Source of the DNA: Azolla caroliniana
Taxonomy: Eukaryota > Plantae > Polypodiophyta
DNA length: 64,000 bases
Reading direction: 5' to 3'
Assembly (NCBI GenBank): GCA_043228905.1
Contig: JBHGNT010000002.1
Location: 7,006,001 to 7,070,000, forward strand
Made by a program: the position numbers and the translations under genes. Under the pieces are notes generated by a model. It saw only the letters and a list, made by a program, of their open reading frames with translations, made no database searches and was not told where the DNA came from. This document shows positions 37,301-49,380 of the stretch, one piece after another (within the stretch, counting starts at the first letter, position 1; every line of letters starts with the position of its first letter).

Positions 37301-38428
37301 TATCAAGTTCAGTCGAACCTCCGGAACGTGTCGGACATCCCTTAGCAGCAACTTGCATCCGGTTGGTGTTGTCAGCCACACGTCTCCTATGCCGACAATT
37401 CGGCATGTACCTTCATTCCCCATCCGGACACAACCGTGATCACCGGCTGAGTAGGATGAGAAGCATTTCCGGTCCGGGGTAAGGTGGAACGACGCTCCGG
37501 AGTTTACCACCCAGGTCATCTCGTCGCCGGCAAGGTTTATCTCACTCTCCTCGGTGATGAGCATCAACTCTTCTTCACTTGCCGCGATTGCCGTCGTCCC
37601 CTTCCGGTCCGGCCCCCTCCGGTCTTTACCGTTCCGGTCCGGGGTCCGCTTCGAATCGGTACCATCGGTCTCCTTATCTTTTCGGAAATGCCGACAGTTC
37701 TTTTGGAAGTGTCCCGGCTTGCCGCAATAGAAGCAAGTAGGCCTCCCCCTTGACTTTGACCGTGTCCCCGACTTCTCCCGGTTCTGGGCACTACGGTTTC
37801 TATGTCTTCTGCGTTCCGATTCGGTAAGGAGCGCTTTGGAGTCGGAGCTCGTATCCTTATCTTTCTGACGCACCTCCTCATCCAGCAAGCTCGATTTCAC
37901 TCTTGCTAGGGATAACCGTTTTCCTTCCGGCCCGGTGTTGCCCAAAGTGACGACCAACGTCTCCCAACTATCCGGGAGGGAACCGAGCAGGAGTAGTGCT
38001 AGTACCTCGTCGGCGAGAGGTACTTCCAATGATGTTGCCTGGTGTATCAGCCCCTAGAAGGCATTCATGTGCTCCGCCATGTTGGAGCCATCTTGGTACC
38101 GGAGTCTTACTAGCTTCCGGAATACCGAAACCTGATTAACAACATTTTTGTTCTGAAACATTATGTCGATCTTCTCCCAGAGCTCATGAGCCTTGCTCTC
38201 TTCATTGAAGTTGTTGTACAGGCTCATGTCGATGAAGCACCGTATGTACGCCGTTGTCTTCATGTGCATCACCTCCCATATCGTGGCGTCCATTTTGTCT
38301 GGTCTCTTGTCCCCGAACTGAACCAGCAGCCAGAGATCTTTAACCACGAGCATGTCCCTCATCTTCGACTTCCACACTGAATAGTTGGAGCCGGTGAGCT
38401 TGAACATGCCGCCAAACGATTCGTCCAT
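34390..38428 (-). pseudogene. Copia Gag-Pol of K with premature stops and a frameshift
   Basis: CFYCGKPGHFQKNC, HTDVC, YVDD and TKHIQRR motifs. Stops at 38054 and 34536, frame change near 36740. Confidence 0.9.
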
Positions 38429-38920
38429 TTTTTGTGTCGATTTTGCTCTGATACCACTTGTTGGGAACTCAACACTCCCTATACGCAATGCTCGGCCACA
38501 ACCGAGCTTAGGATCATACACAAAAAACAGGAAATAAAACACGACAAGAAGAAGAGGGAGATACACAGGAGGTTTACGTGGAAAACCCCAAACTAGGGGA
38601 AAAACCACGGGAACCCACAGGCTGCAAACTGTCACTATGTAAGAATATACAACCGTGAGTTCACTGAGGCACCGACCTTGTGCTCACAGATCTTCGCCAT
38701 AGGCGGCGGTTACAACAGAGGCAACGACCTCTTTCTCTCTCTCTCTCTCTCTCTCTGTACAGTTACACACACACTCTCTTTTCTTGCACCAACAAGAAAT
38801 GAACAACTACTACACCACATATTTTCCCTAAGTCATATTTATACTAATATGACTTTTCGGCTATTTACAAATATAGCCTCAGTGGGCTCTCAGAAACATA
38901 TTTACGAATATGTCTCTTCC

Positions 38921-39195
38921 TCCGATTCTCACCGGGTCTGCGTCATCCGGCTCTCCGTAGCCGGGTGCTCCTCATCCAGTTCTTCACCGAGTCTGTATCA
39001 TCCGGCTCTCCGTAGCTGGGTACTCCTCATCCGGTTCACACCGGGTCTGCACCATCCGGCTCTCCGTAGCCGGGTACTCCTCATCCGGTTCACACCGGGT
39101 CTGCATCATCCGGCTCTCCGTAACCGGGTACTCCTCATCCGGTTCACACCGGGCCTGCACCATCCGGCTCTCCGTAGCCGGGTACTCCTCATCCG
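38921..39195. repeat. 54-bp tandem repeat in the K LTR (about 5 units here, about 3 units at 34131-34297)
   Basis: Unit CCGGTTCACACCGGGTCTGCACCATCCGGCTCTCCGTAGCCGGGTACTCCTCAT. Confidence 0.88.
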
Positions 39196-40038
39196 GTTTC
39201 GGCCTCGGCCAAGTTTGTTCATCGGCACTGTTCTTCTCCCTTCCCATCCGGAGGGACTTGTCTCCCAACAGTTGTCGCTCACATCAACGCTCAAAAAGGC
39301 GCTTGTCACACCGCATTGCTCGACTAATAGCTTCTATAAGTGACCTTGGATCCTCGGGGAAGGTAAGAAGTAAGTCTTTGACATCACTACGAAGGCCTGA
39401 ACGGAATTGCTCCATTAGGGCTTGTTCATCCCAAGGAATATCGCTTGTGATGAGACGGAAATTGGCAGCATATGTCGAAGCTGGTTGATCACCTTGACGA
39501 AGTGTACAAATCTTGTTGATAGTTGTTCTCGCCCCATCAGTATCTCCGAAACAAGCCTTAAATTCCTCGAAATTATTCAGTAGAGGAGAATTGGTCTCTA
39601 GCAATGGAGCAAACCACGACAACGCTATGTCAATCAATAAGGTGCCCACTAGCCCGACTCGTGATGCATCTGTTGGATAACGTGCGGGATGCACTTGAAA
39701 CACCAACCGTACTTGATTCAAAAAACCTCGGAAATGCGCCCTCGACCCATAAAATTTAGCTGGGAGGCTAATTTTGGGCTCCTTGATAAGTCCCTAACCT
39801 TCAACCCTTTGTTGTTGTAACACTATGATTGTTGACTCTAATTGTTGCACTCGTCATGTGAACTCCTCTTGTTGTTGTTGCTTCTCTATAGTGTAACCTT
39901 TTGTAGATCCCCAAGTAGACGTTGATTCTCTACTTCATGAGATGCGAACTTGGATTTAAGGTTCTCCATTTCTGCAACAAGGGTGAGATATTCTTCTGAG
40001 TTAATGGCAGCCATGGTTTCAGGATGGTTACAAAGGAG

Positions 40039-40041
<3 letters not shown>

Positions 40042-40078
<37 letters not shown>
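40042..40078. repeat. (GA)n microsatellite in the leader of H, adjoining the PBS
   Basis: Read directly from the sequence. Confidence 0.9.
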
Positions 40079-40083
<5 letters not shown>

Positions 40084-40090
40084 GAATCAA
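40079..40090 (-). promoter_or_regulatory. Self-priming PBS of H
   Basis: Minus-strand TTGATTCGAATT is complementary to AATTCGAATCAA in the LTR (plus-strand 40246-40257). Confidence 0.8.
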
Positions 40091-41972
40091 ACTGTCAGAA
40101 CCAAGGATAAAAGATAGAGTGATGGAAGAAGGATATTAGAGAACACGAGAAGAAAGGAACCAAATACTAAGAGAAGAATGGATGTATAAGATAGAGAAAG
40201 AAAGAGAACGGATACAAGATATGTAATGAGAGCTAAAGATTGGTGTTGATTCGAATTTATTTGAGAATACATGTATGCCCTTATTTATAGGTTCCTATAG
40301 AATAGCTATGAGATTTCTAGAATGTTCTAGAATGTTCTAGACCTAGAATGCTCTAGGACATTCTAGAACATTCTAGAATAATCTAGAGTTTTTACAATAA
40401 TCAATGTAATACAAGAAGTAGCGTTTATTGTTTTATATAACAATAAGCTATCTTAATGGTTGAGGTTTTCAAGTATGGATTACAAGGTTCGAGGTTCAAG
40501 TCCGGGTGACGCCATAATGGTCATGTGTTCATGACAACTGACATCATGACGTGCCTCAACAACCCATCCCATGAAATGCAAAACTCGAGTCTCAATCACT
40601 TTACAACTCAGGATGGGCTACTCTATCGTAATCACCTCCTTTATGTACTAGCTGGCACATGTCGCATCCGAGTCCTACAAACTTGCCACGATGATCCTCT
40701 TATCGGACGCTTTGGGGTCACAAAAACATTGGCGTTGCTGTCTCTGGGGTTTTGGTGGCCCCAACCTTGGAGATTGGTCAAAGAATTTATCAAAACTTGT
40801 GACGTCTGTGCTCGCTCCAAAGCGGCTCACCATCGTCCATACGACCTTGTACACCCACTTGCAATTCCCATTCGACCTTGGGCATCTCTCTCCATGGACT
40901 TTATCACCAACCTTCCTTAGGTCGGTGACCATGAAACGGTGGTAGTGGTCGTCGATCGGTTTTTGAAGATGGCTCACTTTGTCCCATGTTCGAAAACCAT
41001 TTCGAGGGAGGAAACGGCTGACCTTTTTCTGAAAAATGTCATCTGATTACATAACTTCCCTAAGGATGTCACTTCTAATCGAGGTCCTCAATTTATCTCC
41101 CACTTCTGGCACCGACTTCTACAGACATTCAGGATTTCTATGAACGTGTCAACCGCACACCACCCTCAAACTGATGGCCAAACCGAAAGAGTCAACCAAA
41201 TCCTTAAACAATACCTCTGGTGTACAGTCAGCTACCAACAAGACGATTGGGTGGACTTCCTTGCCATGGCGGAATTTTCCTACAATAATAGTATCCATGC
41301 CTCAAATAAGGTTTCCCCATTCTTTGCAAACTACGGTTTCCATCCTCGTTTCAACATTTCCATTCCGTAAATTTCCGTCAATCCGTCGGTCGAGAGGCAT
41401 GCCCACACCTTACAAGATGTCCATCGTGACCTCTCCCTCAAGCTCCGTGCCGTTGGCAAACAATATAAAGCTCACGCTGACTGACATCGCTTGGTCGCGC
41501 CAACCTTCGTAGTCGGTGACATGGTTTGGCTGCTACGTCGCCACATCACAACCACCCGTCCCTGCGCGAAGCTCGATTACAAAAAGCTAGGCCCCTTCCG
41601 TATCCTTGAGCGCATTAACCAAGTCGCCTTCCGGTTAGCGCTTCCCCCCACATTTCGGCTTCACAATATTTTCCACGTCTCTCTCCTCAAACTCTACCAT
41701 CCTTCTCGTATTCCGGAACAACAACCTCCTCCGCCGCCGACCGTGGAATTATCAACAAGTGAGGAGTACGAGGTTGACCGGATCCTCGACTCCCACTTGT
41801 GTCGACGAAAACTTCAATACTTGGTCTTATGGAAAGGTTACCCTCTTTCGGACACCACATGGGAACCAGTTACACATTTACAAAATGCGTCGGAGGCAAT
41901 TCGCGCTTTTCATCAACGATACCCTCATAAACTGGTCACAGGTGTTGCGAGGCGGCCTCAGAGGGAGGATAA

Positions 41973-42389
41973 TGTCATAAACATATGCCACAGAAGAAGG
42001 TAGGGATTGAACCCAAAACCTCACGGTCTCTCTTAGGCAACCCTACCAATTAAGCTACATATGCATCCTTATATTAAATCCAACTTCATGTAATGTAGAT
42101 TGAACATTGTAAGTTCCTAGCTTGCATGCATCCTCATTTCTAGCTTGCACACATTCTCATGCATTCTCTATTGCATGCATCCTCATGCATTCTCTATTTT
42201 TGCATGCATACTCTATTTCTAGCTGGCTTACATAGCCCTACCTTCTTGTATAAATACTCAGGTGCATCTTGATTCTAATCAAGGTGAACAACACCAGTTA
42301 TGGATTCTATAAGTTGAGTTCTTGTTCTTTTCCTCTCTCTTATTTTCTAGTCTTGTCTTTGTTCTGCTCTATTATACTTGTCTGTGACA
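41973..42389 (+). repeat. 3' LTR of F
   Basis: TGTCAT...GTGACA, TATAAATA at 42249. Its 3' part matches 17911-18017. Confidence 0.9.
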
Positions 42390-44994
42390 GATAAGGTACA
42401 CAATAGTATCATGGAACTCCTTCTTAGCGATCCCAAGTAGTTCTCTCAAGGTAAGGTTGACATGACTGTCTAAAACCTTCTCCTCAAGGACCTTCCGCAA
42501 GTCAGTTCTTTGTCCGACGTGAGCTTGTAAGTCGGCGCCTCTCATTCTTTTCCTTTCTTCCATTAGAGTAGGTTTGCTCGATCCACCAGGTTTCATGCTT
42601 GTTTCTCCAACCTCTTTTCGTGGCATAAGTTGGGCTTGCCCTTCTTTCCTTGTGTTCCTCGTGTTGGGACACTTTGATTTGCCATCTTCTTCACCAGCTC
42701 TTTTCCTCTTCTCTTTGACAAGAGCTTCATAGTTGTCGCACACAACCTCCGCAAAGCTTGTGTTATCGTTGTTGAGAATCAATCTCAACATAGTGCAACA
42801 TGTGAACATACCTTTTGAGAATCCATGATTATTCAAAGGTCAAGAGTCACACCACTACTCTCTACACATCAACTATGTGTCATAGAATCATATTCTATGA
42901 CACATAACTAATGAGTTACATATTCCGCATGACTATGAGTCTTCACATTCCCCAAGAGAGAGTGGTTGTTGTAGTTAGTTAATGAAGAGAGAGGGTGACT
43001 ATATATAAAGCACCCTCGTCATACTTCATAGAATGTCGGTTGTGACTCCTTGTAATGCTACATTTTTGTATCTCTTACTTTACTTGTGAATATACATCTT
43101 CTTCTTGAGTACTTCATTGTGTTCCCATTCTATCTAATCTATCTTGTGTTTCTCTTCTCTTCTCTCTTTCCTCTCACACATACACATAACACACATCTCT
43201 TCCGCTACACAAGAATCATACCCGATTCTTTACAATCATCGACTGGATCCGACCATCTAGTAACTCGTCGCACATTCCGATCAGCAAGTTTTAGATCCTC
43301 CAAATCGATTTTTCCTTTTTTCTTGCACTCAAAGACTGTCGGCCAAAACCCAGCTCCTCGCTTGATCGTTTTTAGATTCTCTCCTCCAACTCGTATCCCG
43401 GCCGATGCAGCATAGTGCATAGCTTCCACATGCCTTGCGTCATCCTCTTTCACAATCTTTTCCAGCCTGCCTCTTCCGAAGTTTACTTGTAGTGGCTTCT
43501 AGGTCTCGCTCGAGTGGATCATGTTGTCATCCAAATAGACGACGTTCTTGAAAATCGCATCTTGCAAGTCAGTGCACTCCCTTCGTGAGTGCTCCAAGCT
43601 GTCGCACCACACACATCTAAACACTTCTTTCCCTTGGGCCCGCGTCGAGCTAAGTTGGCTAGTGATACCGCTTCAAACTTCTTGGAGAGTTCTTCGATTA
43701 TAGATTCCTACATCGCTTTCTTGTCGAAATTGTTGATCGGCTTGCTAGGCTCGATCATCATAGGCACCTTCCTCCTCCACGATTGTGGATTCTCCACGTA
43801 AGTTTACTCTAGCCATTGTCGATGCTTATCAAGATGGCTACAAGCCATCTTTACCATCACCTAGTCCGCTACCAAGCCATTTGGTTGCATTTCATCTTCC
43901 AAAAGGTTGCCCAATTCTCACCGGTCTTTCGTATCCACCGTCTTCAGGAACAACAGGACTTTATCTCCATCGAGAACTCGTTGATCAACACTCGGAAGTC
44001 GGTTGTACTTCTGTTCAAAGAACATCTTCAAGCATGTATTCAGCAAGCAGTGTCTTTTCGAACTCCATCCAAGTTGTGTGCTCGTTTTGGATCTCCATGA
44101 CGCACTCGCGGATCCCTGGTTCCACCACACACTTAAAGCTAGAAATTTGTTTCAGATCATGGACATCCCTCTACTGCATCTTGTTCCGATAGTTAGCAAG
44201 GAAATCCGTGATGTTCTTGCCACCAAATCGTCCAGTTATCTCCATTGTTTGATTGACAACTTTGTCGACTAAAGTCTCCCGATCTCTCACCTTCAGCATG
44301 AATTCCACGACGGCCACCATGCCTTTCTTCAATTCCTCTCCTTGAGTTCCGCTTGTCGAAGTCATCGTCGCACTTGATATCCTCCTGCTGCCTCGTTTCA
44401 CGTCGGGTTCACCAAGAGAGATGTCGTTGAAATCCTCGCATGTTCGTGAAATGAAACGCAACCATCGGGGTCACAGACCTGAAGGATTCAATGTTTTTAG
44501 TAGCGTAAGCGAGAAAGTATTGAAGATAGATGGATGGATGGATGGAGAGAGAGCAAAAGAGAGAAAGACAAAGATTGAACCCTTGACTTTAGTTTTGCGA
44601 GACAAGATATATCACCAACAGGATAACTTTAGATCCTTTATTAGAAATTTCTTCCTTACATCACTTCCCCTTACACAAGCCCAACTAGAGGCTTTTATAG
44701 GTCTCTCCATGCAAAAACTATGGTTTTGCACACGGTTTTTTTTTATGTGTTTGTTTCCTATGAATTACTGAATATGAAAAGAAAATACATAAAGTTTGAA
44801 GTATATGATAGTAGTCCTCGTGGTAAATCAATTCTCTTCTAACTTGAAGGTACAAGGTTCAAATCTTGTTTCCACCCCTCTCTATATGCACTAGGCCCTA
44901 GGTTTATTTTTTATTTATTTACAAGTGTTTGTGTAATGTGCGCGGAACCACACTTTTTCACTTTTTCTCCTACTGGACACGCAACATCACGACA
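42390..44994 (-). mobile_element. Element E: 5' part of a divergent tRNA-Trp-primed gypsy-type element
   Basis: LTR 44422-44994 (TGTCG...CGACA) and perfect Trp PBS 44397-44414. Gag (GRFGGKNITDFLANY, CVWCDSLEHSRREC, LRKVLEEKVLDSHVNLTLRELLGIAKKEFHD) is homologous to A and G. Confidence 0.88.
42770..43234 (+). repeat. Solo LTR (termini like copia B) inserted in gag of E
   Basis: TGTTGAGA...CTTTACA with TSD ATCGT/ATCAT and TATATAAAG near 43002. Removing it restores WSDPVDDNTSFAEVVC. Confidence 0.85.
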
Positions 44995-47350
44995 ACAGAG
45001 GCCGACCACTGCATGTTGGTGAAGAAATTCGACAAAGGCGACTTCTTGATACTCCTACTGTATGTGGATGACACACTAATTGTCAGACCGGACTGAATCA
45101 AAATCGAGCGTCTGAAGAAGGCCTTGAACCAGACCTTCTCAATGAAAGATTTGGGTCCGGCGAGACAGATATTGAGGATGCACATAGTCTAGGACCGGAC
45201 GAAGAAGCAGTTGTGGTTGTCATAGGAGAAGTACGTGACTAAGGTGCTTCAAAGGTTCAGCATGTCAGATGCTAAGCTAGTCGGGTCGACCCTTCTGATA
45301 AATTGCAAGCTATCCAAAAAGTGGAGCCCGAAGACAAAGGCAGAGAAGTCGGAAATGATGAATCTATCGTATGCCTCTACAGTCGGAAGCGTCATGTACG
45401 CAATGGTGTGTACACGACCAGACATCGGATATGCAGTCGGAGTGGTCAGTCAGTTCATGAGCAATCCGAGAAAGGGCCATTGGGCAGCTGTCAAGTGGAT
45501 ACTCCGGTACTTGAAAGGCACTTCGAATATGTGCCTCGGATTCGTTTAAGGTAAACCCCAACTTGAAGTATACACCGATTCAGACATGTCGGTTGATGCA
45601 GATACCAACCGGTCTACATCCGGATATGTCACAACATATGCGGCAAGAGTCGTATCATGGTAGTTGAGGTTACAGAAATCCATTGCATTGTCAACAACGG
45701 AAGTGGAGTTCATGGTTGTTGTGGAAGCTGGCAAAGAAGTAATCTGGATGAAGGACTTCATCGAAGAGCTAGGGATCCGACAAGAGGAATACTAGCTCTA
45801 TTGCGATAGTCAAAGTGCCATCCACCTTGCAAAGAACGCGGCCTACCATTCTAGGATGAAGCACATCCAACGCAGATAGCACTGGCTTCGGGAGAGAGTA
45901 GAAGACGAGACTTCTCGTTGCTGAAGATTCATACAGAGGAGAACAGGTTAGATATGCTAACCAAGGTGCTGTCAGCCGACAAACTAGACTTGTGCCAGAG
46001 ACGGATCGGGTTAACGAAGACCCCATGCCGGAGTGAAGGGGGAGATTGTTGAGATATTGGTCCCTCCGGATGGGAACCGGTCGAGCTGGATCGGAGGATC
46101 CGGAGGAGGAAGACAAATCGGATGGATCCGAAAGGATATCGAGAAGTCGGACTAGATGAAACCGGAAGGAGTCTAGCCGGAACTGGTATGAACTGTGAAG
46201 AGAGACAGATTTGTAAATATGTTTCTTATGGGCCGTTGAGGCCACATTTGTAAATATCCCATAAGTTTTATAACTAAGGAAGATGGATATAGCTATAGTT
46301 GTTGTTATCTTTGTGTTAGAGTGAGTTAGCTTTGTACACAGAGAGAGAGAAAGAAAGAGAGAGAGGGAGAAAGAACAGAAGGTAGTTATTCTGTTCTAAC
46401 CGCATGTTGGCGAAGACATAGGGCTCAAGGTTGTTGCCTCTAAGGTCCTCATTGGTGTACCTCTCCTTAGACAATGATTTTTGGAGTCTGTGGGCTCTCA
46501 TGGTTTTGCCTTGTTTCGAGGTTTCCACATTAACATTCTGTGTCGACTTATTTCCTGTGTAATTGTGCCTCTAACTATATGTTTTCTACTTGAGTTCTTA
46601 CATTGTACCTTAGAGATTCGGTTGTGGCTGAGCATCGAATACTATTAAGCTGGTATCAGAGCGAACAACAAAGGAAAGAAAATGGAAGATTCATTCGGCA
46701 GCATATTCAAGCTCACCAGCTCCAACTATCTAGTATGGAAGTCGAAGATGAGGGACATGTTGGTGGTCAAATATCTCTGGTTGTCGGTACAGTTTGGGGA
46801 CAAAAGACTGGACAAGATCAATGCCGCGACCTGGGAAGTAATGCACATGAAAATGATGGCATACATTTGATGCTTCATCGACATGAGCCTGTACAATAAC
46901 TTTAATAAAGAGAACAAGGCCAATGAGCTCTAGGAGAAGGTTGGCATGATGTTGGAGAACAAGAACGTCGTAGATCAGGTCTCGGTATTCTGGAAGATAG
47001 TGAGGCTCCGGTATCAAGACGACTCTAGCATGGTAGAGTATATGAACGCCTTCCAAGGGCTGATAAACTAGACTATCTTGCTCGAAGTACCGTTAGCCGA
47101 CGAGGTACTGACATTGTTATTGCTCGGATCCCTTCCGGATAGCTGGGAGACGTTGGTTGTCACTCTGGGTAATGCCGGACTGAAAGGAAAGAATTTATCC
47201 CTGGCAAGAGTGAAGTCAAGTTTGCTAAACGAAGAAGCTCGTCGGAAGGATCAGGAATCTGGAACCGACCCGAAAGCCTTAGTCACGGAAGACGACAATA
47301 ACCAGGGAAGACGCCAGAATCGGAGTCCCCAGAACCGGGACAAAGTAGTG
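44995..47350 (+). mobile_element. Element J: degenerate copia of the D/K lineage arranged RT/RH - PPT - LTR - PBS - truncated gag
   Basis: YVDD near 45061, RNase H to ~46030, PPT GAAGGGGGAGA, LTR about 46047-46647, PBS TGGTATCAGAGC 46651-46662. Gag from 46682 (MEDSFGSIFKL) breaks off near 47350. Confidence 0.9.
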
Positions 47351-48634
47351 TGAGTTCTGCCAATAAAAATTGCCCATAAAAAATTGTTGATTGTCTGAAC
47401 AAGTATATTTCTAAGCTTTCAAATGTTTTTCTAGATCTCCAAGGATGTAGTAGAAGTTTTAATATTCCATCTGCGTATTGGCCCTTGATCCTATGCGTTT
47501 GTGATCGATAGCTTTAGAGGGCGCCATGGAAGCTTCTGCCCTCCCAAAGGTGAAACAAATTCTCCAATCAATAAATAAATCTTCCTCTAGTAGTTTTTTG
47601 TAACAAATTGAAAATGTGAAGCAATAAATTGGAAGAATTCAGAAGTATATGTCACTCTTTTTTCTTTACTAATCGGTCCATTAATGGCCCTTGCTTCATT
47701 TATTGGGTTTACTAGTTAAATAGATGCAAATTAATTAGTTGTGTGTTTCTCAATTAATATTAATGTTTCTATGAAGCCTATATCTTGATAAATAATTGCA
47801 ACAATACTAAAACCAATTTACTTCACATACTTATTTAATTCATGTCAATCAGTAGTGAATATATGGATGAGCCTAGGACACTCAAACATTGGTTAATCAA
47901 TAACAAGAACATAATTGATGAAACAATGATTAGGATTCCTTAGAGCCAAATTTCTTTAAAGCAAGACACACATAACTTGATCTTTTAGGAGAAGAAAATT
48001 AGACCTTGGGTTGAACAAGAACAAAAACTATGTGAATTGTTTATTAAGATGTTGAACAAAGAGCATGGGACAATTGGCTCGTCACATCAAATGTTTCTTG
48101 GTGTTTATCTTCTTATCAAATATGTAGTGCACAACATCATCAAAACAACAATTTCTTTGAGACAAGCAATTACAAGCCGTATAAGCAAGTGGTGAGGTTG
48201 GACCCGTCATGCCAAATTTTGATGGTTGTTTTCTAGATACATGAACAATGGTCTTGAGTGTGGGCATCCAAATGGTCAACTTGATGAGGACGTGGGGCTC
48301 AAAACACAAGTTTTTCAAAGTGGCAAATCATGTAACAGAGCGACCCGCAAATATAAAAATTTGGAATGATATAGAGTGAGACCAAATTGAAATGGTCAAG
48401 AGAATACAATGTGGGCTCATATGAAAGGAGAGAAAGAAAGAGAGAGGGGAAGTTCCACTTGAGAACATCGATGACATTAGCATGGGGGCCATGGCGTCCG
48501 CAGAAAAAGGGTCATGATCAAGAGAGAGTGTGTGTGTGTGGAGAAAAAGGGCGAGACCACGTGGATATAGTTCACTTGGGAGGTTTGTCCAAAGCAAGTG
48601 CGAGACCGACAAGATGGCGTAGAGCTAGCGGTCA

Positions 48635-48857
48635 ATGTGTTCAAACTCCTACACAATTCCACGTCGGGTAAAATCGGAGGACACTAGGGAAGAGATTCAA
48701 TTCAAAAGCCAAGGGTTACATGTGCGTTACGTAGAGTTTAAATCGATGTGTTCAAACACCTCACACAATTCCACCTCGGGTAAAATCGGAGGACACAAGG
48801 GAAGAGATTTGATTCAAAAGCCAAGGGTTACAGTTGCGTTATGTAGGGTTAAATCGA
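48635..48857. repeat. Tandem duplication, two ~111-bp units
   Basis: ATGTGTTCAAAC...CACAATTCCAC.TCGGGTAAAATCGGAGGACAC...TTCAAAAGCCAAGGGTTACA at 48635 and 48746. Confidence 0.85.
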
Positions 48858-49084
48858 ATGGAACGGAACGGAACGAGGCATGTGCTTCGGATGAGCGAGA
48901 TGAGATTCGAACCCACACGCACTCATAGCCCCCCACACAAAGTACATGGCCGGTCATTAATCGTCACTAACTATCTCACCTATAGCTCTTCTCTTTCTCT
49001 TTCTCTTTCTCTTTCTCTTGACGAGAAAACAGAGAGAATGACCGAGACAGGGAGTGCGGGGCTCTCTCCTCTCTGGTGTATGAA

Positions 49085-49097
49085 AGAGAGGAAATGG

Positions 49098-49130
<33 letters not shown>

Positions 49131-49380
49131 TGGAGCACGAGAAAACAGGACCACTTTTGTTTATAGGTTTGGGTAAAACCTGTTAAAATTGGGGGTAATT
49201 AATGCTGATGATATGTGTCTTCTCTTTATCTTTGTGATCATAGAGAAAATGAAGAAGAAGAAATGATGTGGATGATGATGAAGCACAAGAGACGGGACCA
49301 CTTCTGTTTTTTATGTTTGGCCAAAACCAGTTTAAAATTGGGGTTAATTAATGCTGATGGGAAATTGGGGGTAATTAATT
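49085..49380. repeat. Diverged duplication containing (GAA)n/(GAT)n runs
   Basis: GGACCACTT.TGTTT...GTTTGG..AAAACC.GTT.AAATTGGGG.TAATTAATGCTGATG occurs twice. Confidence 0.7.

Larger units (their letters stand above)
33663..39270 (-). mobile_element. Element K: full-length Ty1/copia related to D
   Basis: LTRs 33663-34372 and 38459-39270, perfect TSD GTTGT, iMet PBS 38445-38456, PPT next to 34373. Polyprotein in ORFs 38054-38428, 36755-38029 and 34536-36680. Confidence 0.96.
28892..40536 (-). mobile_element. Element H: self-priming chromovirus (Tcn1-like), interrupted by copia K
   Basis: LTRs 28892-29602 (internally duplicated) and 40093-40536, TSD ACTAA/ACTGA, PPT AAGGAGGGATAG. Gag 39284-40014 plus 33386-33662 (CLYCGGPGHIAIHC), protease ~33100, RT/RH 31014-32400 (YLDD), integrase 29795-30900, chromodomain YEVAAILDS...WLGYPPSDCTWEP. 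Confidence 0.93.
17911..42389 (+). mobile_element. Element F: degenerate self-priming chromovirus (Tcn1-like), host to LINE, solo LTR, L, H and K insertions
   Basis: 5' LTR remnant 17911-18017, 3' LTR 41973-42389, PPT GAGGGAGGATAA. Gag from 18047 with knuckle CLYCGNPGHVIHHC, protease LLDSGAS, RT 19809-20700, RNase H split at 20948/21432 and 21516/28556, integrase 40540-41400, chromodomain YEVDRILDS...WKGYPLSDTTWEP. Confidence 0.9.

Noticed and set aside
38921-39195. CRISPR-like regular array
   Set aside because: No unique spacers, eukaryotic LTR context, no cas genes.
38678-39343. 221-aa ORF with repeated LHHPALRSRVLLIRF
   Set aside because: Translation of the 54-bp LTR repeat, which is a multiple of three; it lies antisense within the LTR.
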